From: Candidatus Latescibacterota bacterium
GTDB taxonomy: Bacteria > Latescibacterota > UBA2968 > UBA8231
Assembly: GCA_965221775.1 (NCBI GenBank)
Contig: CBDCSU010000006.1
Span: 1,120,001-1,184,000, forward strand
Length of the DNA stretch: 64,000 nucleotides
Direction of reading: 5' to 3'
The notes beneath the pieces are model-generated. The model searched no databases, was not told where the DNA came from, and saw only the letters and a program-made list of their open reading frames with translations. Made by a program: the position numbers and the translations under genes. This document shows, in pieces, positions 9,379 to 18,537 of the stretch; the first letter of the stretch is position 1, and every line of letters starts with the position of its first letter.

Positions 9379-10206
9379 GTGAGCGGCTGGCACCCCGTCG
9401 AGGCGGACGACGTCGAGGAGGCCCTGGGCGCCGGGCGGGATCCCCTGCGCCGCCTCGTGGAGGCCGACATCCCCGCCATCATCCTGCGGGGCGCCTATCC
9501 GGCGGCGGACTGCGCCGGCCTCGTGAGCCGCTTCATCGAGCGCGGCCTCATGCGGGACACGCGGCAGCCGGCGCCGCCCGACGCCCCGCTGCGCATCGAC
9601 ATCGGTACCAGCCTCGGCAACCTCGGCCAAGATCAGCCGGCCTTCTTCGCCCACGCCCGCGAGAGCCGCGAGCTGTTCACCACCCTCTTCGACGGCTTCC
9701 CCGATCCGGTGGACCGGCTCTACGGCGTCCTGCGGCGGCTGGCCGGCGACAAGCAGGTGGTCACCGCCCGCGAGCCGGACGGCCGCCTCTACGGTCCCGC
9801 CATCTTCCGCATCCACTACGACAGTCAGTTCTACGCCCCCCACATCGATCACGTGGTGCTGCGGGAGAAGCGCTTCAACTACGCCGTGAGCCGCTATCCG
9901 GTGCAGCTCGCCGGCGTGCTCTGCCTGCAGAACGCGGCCAGCTCCGCCACCACCCAGGCCATCCTGCACCACTGCCCGTGGTCGGAGGAGGTGCAGCCCC
10001 ACCTGGCGGCCAACACCTATCACGAGTACGCGCGGGGCCACGGCCTGGGGCACTGCCAGGTGGACCTGGAGCCGGGGGACCTCTACTTCTTCAACACCGG
10101 CCTCGTCCACGAGGTGCCCGCCGTCGTCGGCGACTCGCCCAGGATCGTGCTCGCCGTCTTCATCGGCTACGACCCCGGCCACCCGGAGGTCTTCGTCTGG
10201 TCGTGA
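9379..10206 (+). CDS. 2OG-Fe(II) oxygenase-like protein
   Basis: HxD (PHIDH), distal His and Arg (LEPGDLYFFNTGLVHEV...R). Start placed at GTG 9379 after GGAGG. Confidence 0.7.
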   Translation: MSGWHPVEADDVEEALGAGRDPLRRLVEADIPAIILRGAYPAADCAGLVSRFIERGLMRDTRQPAPPDAPLRIDIGTSLGNLGQDQPAFFAHARESRELFTTLFDGFPDPVDRLYGVLRRLAGDKQVVTAREPDGRLYGPAIFRIHYDSQFYAPHIDHVVLREKRFNYAVSRYPVQLAGVLCLQNAASSATTQAILHHCPWSEEVQPHLAANTYHEYARGHGLGHCQVDLEPGDLYFFNTGLVHEVPAVVGDSPRIVLAVFIGYDPGHPEVFVWS

Positions 10207-10213
10207 AGCCCTC

Positions 10214-10242
10214 TTGTCGCTCTCGCGGCCTCCCCCTATCTT
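10214..10242 (+). promoter_or_regulatory. probable sigma70 promoter of rpsU
   Basis: TTGTCG-17 bp-TATCTT, 47 nt upstream of the ATG. Confidence 0.5.
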
Positions 10243-10289
10243 CTTCCAACTCAACGAGTTTTCGAACCCTTCGAGGAGCCTCCCCCGTC

Positions 10290-10532
10290 ATGGTGAACTT
10301 CAGCGTCGAGCTCTCCGACGACGAGCCTTTCGAGCGCGCCCTGCGCCGCTTCACCTCCAAGACCAAGCGCACGGGCCTGATGCGCGACCTCAAGCGCAAG
10401 CGCTTCTACACGAAGCCGTCGGTGCAGAAGAAGCTCGACCTGCAGAAGAGCATCCGCCGCCGCAAGAAGGCGGAGCGCATCGCCCGGCTGGCCGAGATGG
10501 GTCTCGACCGCCGCGGCCGCAAGCGCCGCTAG
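10290..10532 (+). CDS. rpsU: 30S ribosomal protein S21
   Basis: EPFERALRRF...RFYTKPSV basic small protein. SD GAGGAG upstream of ATG 10290. Confidence 0.92.
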   Translation: MVNFSVELSDDEPFERALRRFTSKTKRTGLMRDLKRKRFYTKPSVQKKLDLQKSIRRRKKAERIARLAEMGLDRRGRKRR

Positions 10533-10563
10533 GCCAGCACAGCTTTCGAAGGATCCCTCGGAT

Positions 10564-10599
10564 CGCGGTGCCGGAGTCTCTCCCGGCACCGCGGTTTTT
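10564..10599 (+). terminator. intrinsic terminator after rpsU
   Basis: 11-bp stem CGCGGTGCCGG/CCGGCACCGCG, 8-nt loop, followed by GTTTTT. Confidence 0.85.
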
Positions 10600-10620
10600 C
10601 GTTCTGGGTCCGGGTGCCGC

Positions 10621-11730
10621 TCAGGGCCGGTGGAACTCGGCGGCCACTTCCTCCCCCGCCAGCAGCCATCGCCAGCCGCCGGCCAGGCGATTGCGCCCCG
10701 CCTCCTTCTCCGGGCCTTCCCGCACCAGCGAGCGGACCTCGCCCCGCGTCGCCACCAGCGCCGCGTCGATGCCCCGCGCCGAGGCGCGCTCCTTGACGCG
10801 CTCCGAAGCCGCCCGGGAGCGCATCTCCACTTCGCGGCCGTGGCGGATCCGGGGAGGCCCGGAAGGCCAGTCCCCCGGCTCCAGGTCGAGCCCGGCCCGC
10901 ACCGCCTGCAGGAGGGCCTCGCCGCGGGTGCGGAGGTGCCGCCGCAGGCTCCGGATCTCGCGCAGGTCCTCCATCTCCACCGGCTGACGCTGCGCCAGGA
11001 GCAGCAGCAGCTTGTCCGACGCCACCTGGCCCCGCGGCCGGTCGAGGTCCCGCGCCGCCTCCTCCCGCCAGGCCGCCAACTCGCGCAGCACCGCCAGTTG
11101 CCGGCGGTCGAGCTTGCCGTAGCCCTTGACCCGGCGGAAGGCCTCGCGCGGGTCCCGCTCCTCGTAGAGGGCCGAATCGTCGAGGCCGGCCATCTCCTCC
11201 TGCAGCCAGTCCTCGACGCCGGCGGCGCGAGCCCGGCGGAGAAGCTCCTCGCGGGCCTCCACGAGGTAGCGCACGTCGTCCTCGGCATAGCCGGTCTGCG
11301 TGGGGCTGAGGGGCCGGCGCAGCCAGTCGGTGCGCGTCTCCGTCTTCTCCAGCTCCACCCCGAAGAGCTCCCGGAGCAGGTCGCGCAGGGAGATGGTGTG
11401 GGCCAGGCCCGCGAAACCAGCGGCGATGCGGGTGTCGAAGATGGAGCGCGGCGAGGCGCCGGTGGCCATCCGCAGGACGGTCAGGTCCTGCAGCGCGTCG
11501 TGGAGGATCTTCACCGCGGGGCCGGAGAGCAGCTCGGCGAGAGGCTCGAGGCGTCCCTCGAGAGCGACGGCGTCCACGAGGTGGCAGGCATCGCGCGAGA
11601 AGCCGAGCTGGATGACGCCCAGGGCGGGGTAGAAGGTGCGCTCCCAGACCATCTCCACGTCGATGGCCGTGCGCCCGAGGGTGCGAGCCTCCCCGAGGCG
11701 CTCGGCCAGGCCCTGCTCGCTGTCGATCAA
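10621..11730 (-). CDS. rnd: ribonuclease D (DEDD exonuclease plus HRDC domain)
   Basis: AIDVEM..ERTFYP.LG.IQL, IFDTRIAA, TDWLRRPLS..Q..YAEDDV, WREEAARDLDRPRG. Start placed at TTG 11730 after SD AGGAGGAG. Confidence 0.9.
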   Translation of the reverse strand: MIDSEQGLAERLGEARTLGRTAIDVEMVWERTFYPALGVIQLGFSRDACHLVDAVALEGRLEPLAELLSGPAVKILHDALQDLTVLRMATGASPRSIFDTRIAAGFAGLAHTISLRDLLRELFGVELEKTETRTDWLRRPLSPTQTGYAEDDVRYLVEAREELLRRARAAGVEDWLQEEMAGLDDSALYEERDPREAFRRVKGYGKLDRRQLAVLRELAAWREEAARDLDRPRGQVASDKLLLLLAQRQPVEMEDLREIRSLRRHLRTRGEALLQAVRAGLDLEPGDWPSGPPRIRHGREVEMRSRAASERVKERASARGIDAALVATRGEVRSLVREGPEKEAGRNRLAGGWRWLLAGEEVAAEFHRP

Positions 11731-11819
11731 GAGTGGCTTCTCCTCCTGTTGGCCGGTTCCTCTTCGGAGCAAGAATAGCACCGATGGGTCAAGGAAAGCC
11801 ATCCGCCCATCCGGCGCGG

Positions 11820-11851
11820 CATCGGCGAGTCACTACATCGGCGAGTCACTA
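11820..11851. repeat. perfect tandem duplication of CATCGGCGAGTCACTA (16 bp x2)
   Basis: Read directly at 11820-11835 and 11836-11851. Confidence 0.9.
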
Positions 11852-11869
11852 CTTGTCTAGTTACGACTC

Positions 11870-11910
11870 GTCAAGTTCAGACTTGACAGGATGCCCGGGG
11901 GCCATACCTT
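11870..11910 (+). promoter_or_regulatory. sigma70 promoter with palindrome over -35, giving a probable leaderless transcript
   Basis: GTCAAGT-tcag-ACTTGAC inverted repeat (11870-11887), TTGACA at 11883-11888, 16-bp spacer, TACCTT at 11905-11910, ATG at 11917. Confidence 0.65.
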
Positions 11911-11916
11911 CGCGGC

Positions 11917-13296
11917 ATGTTCATCGGCCGCCAGGCGGAGTTGCAGGTGCTGGAGAGGGCCTACCGGTCCAGGCGCACCGAGTTCATCCCCGTCTACGGG
12001 CGCCGCCGGGTGGGCAAGAGCGAGCTCATCCTTCATTTCATCCGCCACAAGCCGGCTCTCTACTTCCTCGGCAAGAAGGCGCCCCCCCAATTCCAGATTC
12101 GCGCCTTCATGGAGACGGCCGCCCGGGCCTTGGGGCAGCCTCTTCTCGCATCCGTGTCGGCCGCTGACTGGGGGACGGCCCTCGGCACCGTTCTCAGCCA
12201 GAAGAGCGGCACCGCCAAGCTCGTGCTGGCCTTCGACGAGTTTCAGTGGACGGCCGAGGCGAGTCCCGAGCTTCCATCGATCCTGCAGGAGCAGCTGGAC
12301 AGGTCGTGGAAGAAGCGGGGCGATGTCCTGCTGATCCTCTGCGGCTCCTACATCGGGTTCATGGAGAGGGACGTCCTCGGCGAGGAGAGTCCCCTCTTCG
12401 GGCGGCGCACGGCGCAGATTCTCCTCAAGCCCTTCCCGTTCCGCGAGGCGGCCCTGTTCCATCCCGGCTGGTCCGCGGCCGACCGGGCGCAGGCGTATTT
12501 CGTCTGCGGCGGCGTTCCCCTCTACCTGCGCTTCTTCTCGCCGGCCGACTCCATCCGCGCCAACATCGAGAACAACCTCCTGGGCGAGTTCGCGCCGCTG
12601 TACCGCGAGCCCGACTTCCTCCTGCGCGAGGAGCTCCGGGAAGTCGCGAACTACCACGCCATCCTCGTCGCCCTCTCTTCGGGGTCACGCGCCTCCGCCG
12701 CCATCGCCCGGCAGACCGGCCTCCCCGAGAGGAACCTGCACTACTATCTGCAGCAGTTGACCGAGCTCGGGTACGTCTCCCGCCGCTATCCGGTGACGGG
12801 GCGCCGGCCCGTGGCCAGGAACGTGCGCTTCGCCCTCGACGATCCGCTGCTCCGGTTCTGGTTCCGCTTCGTCTACCCGCACCTCGGATTCATCGCCCAG
12901 ATGGGACCCCGGCGTTCGTTCCAGGAGTTGATCAAGCCCGATCTCGAGAGCTACTTCGGCGCCTGCTTCGAGCGCCTCTGCCGCGAGGCCCTCCCTCTCC
13001 TCTACGAGCGGGAGGGCGTGGGCGCCGCGTACGAGATCGGCGAATACTGGGACAAGCAGACACAGATCGACATCGTCGGCCTGCGGCAGGACAACCGCAC
13101 CGACATCGGAGAGTGCAAGTGGGGGGCCGTGCGCTCCCCGCGAGCCCTGGCCGACGAGCTGCAGAAGAAGATCGACTCGTACCCCAACCAGCGCGGAGCG
13201 ACGATCCAGGGACGGCTGTTCACGCGCCGAAAGCTGAAGAGGCGCACCGCGCCCGCGCCGGTGAGCTTCCACGCCCTGGAAGAGCTCTATGCGTGA
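11917..13296 (+). CDS. archaeal-type ATPase (ATPase_2) with wHTH and DUF234 / PD-(D/E)xK C-terminus
   Basis: MFIGRQAEL, Walker A GRRRVGKS, Walker B LAFDEFQ, GGVPLYL, DPLLRFWFRFV, QIDIVG...IGECKW. Confidence 0.88.
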   Translation: MFIGRQAELQVLERAYRSRRTEFIPVYGRRRVGKSELILHFIRHKPALYFLGKKAPPQFQIRAFMETAARALGQPLLASVSAADWGTALGTVLSQKSGTAKLVLAFDEFQWTAEASPELPSILQEQLDRSWKKRGDVLLILCGSYIGFMERDVLGEESPLFGRRTAQILLKPFPFREAALFHPGWSAADRAQAYFVCGGVPLYLRFFSPADSIRANIENNLLGEFAPLYREPDFLLREELREVANYHAILVALSSGSRASAAIARQTGLPERNLHYYLQQLTELGYVSRRYPVTGRRPVARNVRFALDDPLLRFWFRFVYPHLGFIAQMGPRRSFQELIKPDLESYFGACFERLCREALPLLYEREGVGAAYEIGEYWDKQTQIDIVGLRQDNRTDIGECKWGAVRSPRALADELQKKIDSYPNQRGATIQGRLFTRRKLKRRTAPAPVSFHALEELYA

Positions 13297-13334
13297 CCCG
13301 CGGCTCGAACCCTGAACCCCCGGAGAATTCCGCC

Positions 13335-14324
13335 ATGGAACCCCGACCCGACTGGCTCGCCCAGGTGCAGGAAGAGATCCTCGATCCGGAGCTGCCCATC
13401 GTCGACCCCCACCACCACTTCTGGGTGGAGAGCGGCTTCGGCCGCTACCTGCTCGACGACCTGTGGGCCGACACCGGCGCCGGGCACCGGGTGGAGCGCA
13501 CCGTCTTCCTGGAATGCCGCGCCGAGTACCTGCAGGAGGGGCCGCGGGCGCTGCGGCCCGTGGGCGAGACCCGCTTCGTCGCCGGCCTGGCCGCCGAGAC
13601 CGCCGCCGGCCCCGAGGGCGCGGCCCGGGTGGGGGCCATCGTCGGCCACGCCGACCTGCTGCGGGGCGCCGCCGCCGAGGAGGTCCTCCACGCCCACCTG
13701 GAGGCCAGCCCCCTCTTCCGGGGCATCCGCCACGCGGCCAGCTGGGACCGGGGGCTGAGCCGCTCCGAGCAGGGGGGCGGCCGCTACCTGGACCCCGCCT
13801 TCCGCGAGGGCTTCGCCAAACTCGGACCGCTCGGGTTGAGCTTCGACGCCTGGATCTACCACTCCCAGATCCCCGACCTGGAGGACTTGGCCCGCGCCTT
13901 CCCCGGCATCACCATCGTCCTCGACCATCTCGGCGGCCCCCTGGGGACCGGCCCCTACGAGGGCCGCCGCCAGGAGGTCTTCGAGGTCTGGCGCGGCCAC
14001 ATGGAGAGCCTGAGCCGCTGTCCCAACGTGAACGTCAAGGTCGGCGGCATCGCCATGCCGCTGAACGGCTTCGGCTGGCACGAGCGCGACCGGCCGCCGG
14101 GCTCGGAGGAGCTGGCCGAGGCCGACCGGCCCTGGTGCCTGCACGCCATCGACACCTTCGGCCCGGAGCGCTGCATGTTCGAGAGCAACTTCCCCGTGGA
14201 CAAGGTCTCGGTCTCCTACCCGGTGCTCTGGAACGCCTTCAAGCGCATCGCCGCCGGATTCTCCGCCGCCGACAAGGATGCCCTCTTCCGGGGGACCGCC
14301 TCGAGGGTCTACCGGCTCGATTAG
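13335..14324 (+). CDS. amidohydrolase family protein (Amidohydro_2)
   Basis: IVDPHHHFW, IVLDHLGGP, RCMFESNFPVD. ATG 13335 follows GGAG. Confidence 0.9.
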   Translation: MEPRPDWLAQVQEEILDPELPIVDPHHHFWVESGFGRYLLDDLWADTGAGHRVERTVFLECRAEYLQEGPRALRPVGETRFVAGLAAETAAGPEGAARVGAIVGHADLLRGAAAEEVLHAHLEASPLFRGIRHAASWDRGLSRSEQGGGRYLDPAFREGFAKLGPLGLSFDAWIYHSQIPDLEDLARAFPGITIVLDHLGGPLGTGPYEGRRQEVFEVWRGHMESLSRCPNVNVKVGGIAMPLNGFGWHERDRPPGSEELAEADRPWCLHAIDTFGPERCMFESNFPVDKVSVSYPVLWNAFKRIAAGFSAADKDALFRGTASRVYRLD

Positions 14325-14391
14325 CGCCTGCGGGTGCGGGTTCGCCCTCGACGGAGGGCACCGAGGCCGGGCTGGCCGGCTCGCCCGGAGA

Positions 14392-15528
14392 CTAGAACCG
14401 GTCCGGCCACCACATGTGGGCCACCCGCAGCGGGAAGAGTCCGCGAGCCACCTGCAGGGCCGCCCCGGAGCCGCGCAGCAGGCCCGCTGCCGCGGCGGCG
14501 TCGGCGCTTCGATACCCCAGTGCGAGCTGGAAGAGCACCGCCTGATCGGGGATCCGCAGACGGGGCGCGCCCGCGGGTGATCCCCCCACCTCCAGCCGCC
14601 CGTCGCGGCGCCGGCGCAGGGCCACGCCCCCCAGGTCCGTGTGCAGGGCGATCCCGTCCGAGCCGTCCGCCGGCCACCTGCGCTCCCACTCCGGCACCAT
14701 GGCCGAGGCGAACCGCGGCAGGTCGATGATGCGGCCCATGGGGCCGGCGTTGCGCGGGTACACGGTCTCGTCCCGGGCGCCGATTCCGCGGCAGTAGAGG
14801 GCGAAGGGGTGGTCCACCGGCACGCTGGCGGTGATCCGCTCGAGCCGCAGGGCGGCGGCCCTCCGCGCCATGAACCCGAGCACGGCGGCGTGCACCTCGG
14901 CGCCCCGTCCGGCGACCTCGGCGAGACGACAGCGGTCGGGCTTGTCGTCGTAGTCGGACTTGTCGTCGTAGAGGAAGTAGCCGAACAGGCGCCGGGGGGA
15001 TGCGGCCCGATGCACTACGCGGGCCACCCCTGCCACTCCGAATCCCGAGCCCATGGGGAACTCCCGCCACCCACGGCCGCGCACCACGGAGGCGGTGCGC
15101 CCGGCGTTGGCCGCCGCGTACAGCCGGCGCACCGCGGGCAGGTCCCCCGGGCCCATGGGCCGCGTCTTCAGCGGCGAGACGGCGCGCCGGGCGTCGGCCG
15201 CGGCCAGGGAGAGGCCGTGCTCCGGCATGCAGGTGGCGAATCCGACGCGGTGGTAGAAGTCCTCGATGCCGAAGAGGAGGGAGGTCTCATGGCCTTCGTC
15301 CGCCATCAACTGCAGCGACCGCTGCAGGACGCGGACCGCCAGGCCGCGGCGGCGATGGGCGGGGTCGGTGCCGACACCGGCGATCCCGCCGACGCGGACC
15401 ACGGCGGCGCCGATACGCATGCGCCGGTCCGTGATCCACAGCCGCGAGACCGACTTGCCGCGCTGGAGGATCTCCACCTTCCAGCCGGTCGCGCCGTCCC
15501 GCTCCACCCGGGGCTCGGCGTAGCTCAC
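14392..15528 (-). CDS. GNAT acetyltransferase (Eis-like)
   Basis: GGIAGVGTDPAHRRRGLA acetyl-CoA motif and FYHRVGF. Start GTG 15528. Confidence 0.85.
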   Translation of the reverse strand: MSYAEPRVERDGATGWKVEILQRGKSVSRLWITDRRMRIGAAVVRVGGIAGVGTDPAHRRRGLAVRVLQRSLQLMADEGHETSLLFGIEDFYHRVGFATCMPEHGLSLAAADARRAVSPLKTRPMGPGDLPAVRRLYAAANAGRTASVVRGRGWREFPMGSGFGVAGVARVVHRAASPRRLFGYFLYDDKSDYDDKPDRCRLAEVAGRGAEVHAAVLGFMARRAAALRLERITASVPVDHPFALYCRGIGARDETVYPRNAGPMGRIIDLPRFASAMVPEWERRWPADGSDGIALHTDLGGVALRRRRDGRLEVGGSPAGAPRLRIPDQAVLFQLALGYRSADAAAAAGLLRGSGAALQVARGLFPLRVAHMWWPDRF

Positions 15529-15536
15529 CCCCCGGG

Positions 15537-17063
15537 TCAAGGGGCGTACAGGCTGCGCGACTTGTACTGGAAGAAGATGGCGCGGCGGTCCTGCTCCCCC
15601 GTCCACGGGTAGGCGCCGTGGGTCTGGGCCGAGGCCAGGAAGAGCACGACGTCCCCCGCCTTGGCCTCCACGTGGCGCACCAGCCCCAGCTCCTCCTCGC
15701 AGGTGAGCACGCAATCGGGGGCCCGGTAGCGGGTCTTGTGGCTGCCGGGGATGCAGACGAAGCCGCCGTCGGCGGCGGTCACGTCGCGCAGCTGCCAGGC
15801 GACGTTGAGGAACTCGGCGTAGACGCGGCCGTTCTGCTGCCGGTAGTGGGCGCCCACCCGCGGCGGCCCCCCGCCGGCGTGCAGCAGGTGCCCGGAGGAC
15901 CCCTTGCCGAAGAGGAAGCTGGTGCACAGAGTGGCCTCGTAGCCGCTGCCCATCATCCAGTTGAGCCGCTGCACCAGGGCGGGGTCGGCGATCATGCGCT
16001 GGAAGGGCTCCCCGTGGGGGGCCGGCAGCTTCCAGGGATTGCCCAGGGACGACCGGTGGCCGCCGGTCCCGGCCAGCCGCTTCGAGTGCCCGGCCGCCGA
16101 ACCGCCCTTCCCCGGATTGGGGTTGGCATGGGCGTCGACCGCCTCGTTGGCGGCGGCCAGCCACTCGGCGTCCATCACCCCGGGCAGCACGAGGTGGCCG
16201 CACAGGTCCCAGTAGTAGAACTCCTTCTCGTCGATGCCGCAGTCCGCGTCGCGGGTGTAGATCGAGGGATGGTGGACGCCGCCCTCCTCCTCGAGCCAGG
16301 CGCGCTCGCCGTCGGACATGACCACCGGCGGCGGGTACGGCCGGTTCGGGTTGTGGACCACCGCCCGCTGCTCCGGAGTCAGGCTCGCCCGCCACTCCTC
16401 GTCGCCGTCGTCCTCGCCGCGGATCTCCGACCCGGCCGAGGGCCGCACGTTGGTGCTCACGTAGCCGCAGGAGAGCAGCCGCTGTGGTCCCCGCCCCCGC
16501 CAAGGCCGCAGGCCGGTCAGCAGCGACGCGGCGTGGATCATCAGGTCGCCGGCCCGCAGCGCCGGCTGTCTCACGAGGCCCATGTCGTCCGTGCCGTTCA
16601 CCAGGTCCCGCGGCGGCTCCACGGTGCTGGTGTGGCTGGCGGGCACGACCACCAGGCCGCCGTCGCCCTCGGCGGCGTCGGCCAAGGCCCAGACGACGCG
16701 CACGGCGCGGCTGAAGGACTCCTGCCGCTCGCCGTAGGCCCGCGACCAGTCGAGGGGCTCGCCGCCGCCGGTCAGGGCGGTGCCGGCCTCGGCGCCCGCC
16801 CCCAACAGGCGCGGGGACTCGTCGATGCGGAACTTGCCGCAGATCGGCTCCAGGTAGCTGGTGAGCACCGGGTGGTGGCGCAGGGCCAGCAGCGGCGCGC
16901 CGGCCGGCGCCGACCAGCGCAGCGGCCCCTCCACGGCCCCCAGTCGGTCCAGGGCCCGGTTGCAGGCGCTCAACTCCGCCGAGGTCAGCACCCCGCGCAG
17001 GATCAGGTATCCGCCCACCTCGAGCTGGTAGCGCTCTTCCTCCGTCAGCTTCCGTTCCTCCAT
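15537..17063 (-). CDS. tandem-domain phytanoyl-CoA dioxygenase (PhyH)-family protein
   Basis: Two PhyH-like repeats (GYLILRGVL / GHLVLPGVM; GGLVVVPASH / GGFVCIPGSHK; AGDL / AGDV...HG..PW). Confidence 0.85.
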   Translation of the reverse strand: MEERKLTEEERYQLEVGGYLILRGVLTSAELSACNRALDRLGAVEGPLRWSAPAGAPLLALRHHPVLTSYLEPICGKFRIDESPRLLGAGAEAGTALTGGGEPLDWSRAYGERQESFSRAVRVVWALADAAEGDGGLVVVPASHTSTVEPPRDLVNGTDDMGLVRQPALRAGDLMIHAASLLTGLRPWRGRGPQRLLSCGYVSTNVRPSAGSEIRGEDDGDEEWRASLTPEQRAVVHNPNRPYPPPVVMSDGERAWLEEEGGVHHPSIYTRDADCGIDEKEFYYWDLCGHLVLPGVMDAEWLAAANEAVDAHANPNPGKGGSAAGHSKRLAGTGGHRSSLGNPWKLPAPHGEPFQRMIADPALVQRLNWMMGSGYEATLCTSFLFGKGSSGHLLHAGGGPPRVGAHYRQQNGRVYAEFLNVAWQLRDVTAADGGFVCIPGSHKTRYRAPDCVLTCEEELGLVRHVEAKAGDVVLFLASAQTHGAYPWTGEQDRRAIFFQYKSRSLYAP

Positions 17064-17140
17064 CGGGTCCCTCCTCTCCTCAAGGGCGCCCTCCGCCTAC
17101 TCTGGCGGAGCCGCTTCCTGTACGCGAGACTTGGTAATCT

Positions 17141-17398
17141 ATGTCTGATTTCGACCTCGGACTCCAGCGCATCGCCGACGGCCAGGGCCTGCCCATCGCC
17201 CTGGCGGGCATGATCATCGTCTTCACGGCGCTCCTCCTCATCAGCCTCTTCATCACCGTGTTGCCCCGCATCCTGGCGGCGGTGGCCAGGCGGTTCCCGG
17301 AAACGGTGCACCACGCGCCCCGCCGGGTCGAGCCGCCGCCCGAGGATCTGGCCGCCGTCGCCGCCGCGGCCTGGGCCTACACCCGGACCCGGGCCTGA
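17141..17398 (+). CDS. oadG: Na+-translocating decarboxylase gamma subunit
   Basis: Single TM (GMIIVFTALLLISLFI) and LAAVAAAA tail, first gene of the oad cluster. Confidence 0.8.
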   Translation: MSDFDLGLQRIADGQGLPIALAGMIIVFTALLLISLFITVLPRILAAVARRFPETVHHAPRRVEPPPEDLAAVAAAAWAYTRTRA

Positions 17399-17408
17399 CG
17401 CCGGCGCC

Positions 17409-18536
17409 ATGAGCGTCCTCTTCGAGTTCCTCGGCACCACGGGGTTCGCCACCATGACCTGGGGCAACGTCCTCATGGTCGTGATCGGCCTGATCTTCAT
17501 CACCCTGGCCATCACCAAGGACTACGAGCCCCTGCTGCTGCTGCCGATCGGCTTCGGCGCCATCGTCGGCAACATCGCCGCGATCCCGAGCATGGCCGTC
17601 GGTGTCTACGACGAGGGCAGCGTTCTCTACTACCTCTACTTCGGCGTCAGCCACGGCGTCTACCCGCCGCTGATCTTCCTCGGCATCGGCGCCATGACCG
17701 ACTTCTCCACCATGCTCTCCAACCCGCGCCTGGTCATGCTCGGCGCCGCCGCCCAGGTGGGCATCTTCCTCACCCTCATCGGCGCCCTCTACCTGGGCTT
17801 CACCCCCGAGGAAGCCGGCGCCATCGGCATCATCGGCGGCGCCGACGGCCCCACGGCGATCTTCCTCTCCGCCAAGCTCGCGCCGCACCTGATCAGCGCC
17901 ATCGCCATCGCCGCCTACTCCTACATGGCCCTGGTGCCGGTCATCCAGCCGCCGGTCATGCGCCTGCTGACGACGCGCAAGGAGCGCCTCATCCGCATGC
18001 CGACGCCGCGCCAGGTGTCGCGCCGGGAGCGCATCGTCTTCCCCATCGCCGCCTTCCTCATCGCCGCCGTCATCGCCCCCGGCTCGCTGGCCCTGGTGGG
18101 CATGCTCATGTTCGGCAACCTCCTCAAGGAGAGCGGCGTCACCGAGCGCCTGGCGGAGACGGCGCGCCACGCCTTCGTGGACACCGTCACCATCCTGCTG
18201 GGGTTCTCGGTGGGGGCCAGCACCCAGGCCCAGGTCTTCCTCACGCCCCAGTCGGTGCTGATCTTCGGCCTCGGCGCCCTCTCCTTCGCCATGGCCACCG
18301 CCGGCGGCGTGCTCTTCGCCAAGTTCCTCAACCTGTTCACCCAGAACAAGATCAACCCCCTCGTCGGCGCCGCGGGCGTGTCGGCCGTTCCCGACTCGGC
18401 GCGCGTGGTGCAGATGCTGGGCCACCAGGAGGATCCCCACAACCACCTGCTGATGCACGCCATGGCCCCGAACGTGGCCGGCGTCATCGGCTCTGCCATC
18501 TGCGCCGGCATTTTGTGGTCGGTCATGGTGAAGTGA
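17409..18536 (+). CDS. oadB: Na+-translocating decarboxylase beta subunit
   Basis: YEPLLLLPIGFG, IGIIGGADGPT, GAAGVSAVP, HAMAPNVAGVIGS. Confidence 0.95.
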   Translation: MSVLFEFLGTTGFATMTWGNVLMVVIGLIFITLAITKDYEPLLLLPIGFGAIVGNIAAIPSMAVGVYDEGSVLYYLYFGVSHGVYPPLIFLGIGAMTDFSTMLSNPRLVMLGAAAQVGIFLTLIGALYLGFTPEEAGAIGIIGGADGPTAIFLSAKLAPHLISAIAIAAYSYMALVPVIQPPVMRLLTTRKERLIRMPTPRQVSRRERIVFPIAAFLIAAVIAPGSLALVGMLMFGNLLKESGVTERLAETARHAFVDTVTILLGFSVGASTQAQVFLTPQSVLIFGLGALSFAMATAGGVLFAKFLNLFTQNKINPLVGAAGVSAVPDSARVVQMLGHQEDPHNHLLMHAMAPNVAGVIGSAICAGILWSVMVK

Positions 18537-18537
18537 T

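Noticed and set aside
11820-11851. Tandem repeat as a possible CRISPR array
   Set aside because: Only two adjacent 16-bp units, no spacers, no cas genes.
14935-14970. DYDDK resembling an engineered FLAG tag
   Set aside because: Not DYKDDDDK. Explained by a natural 18-bp duplication.
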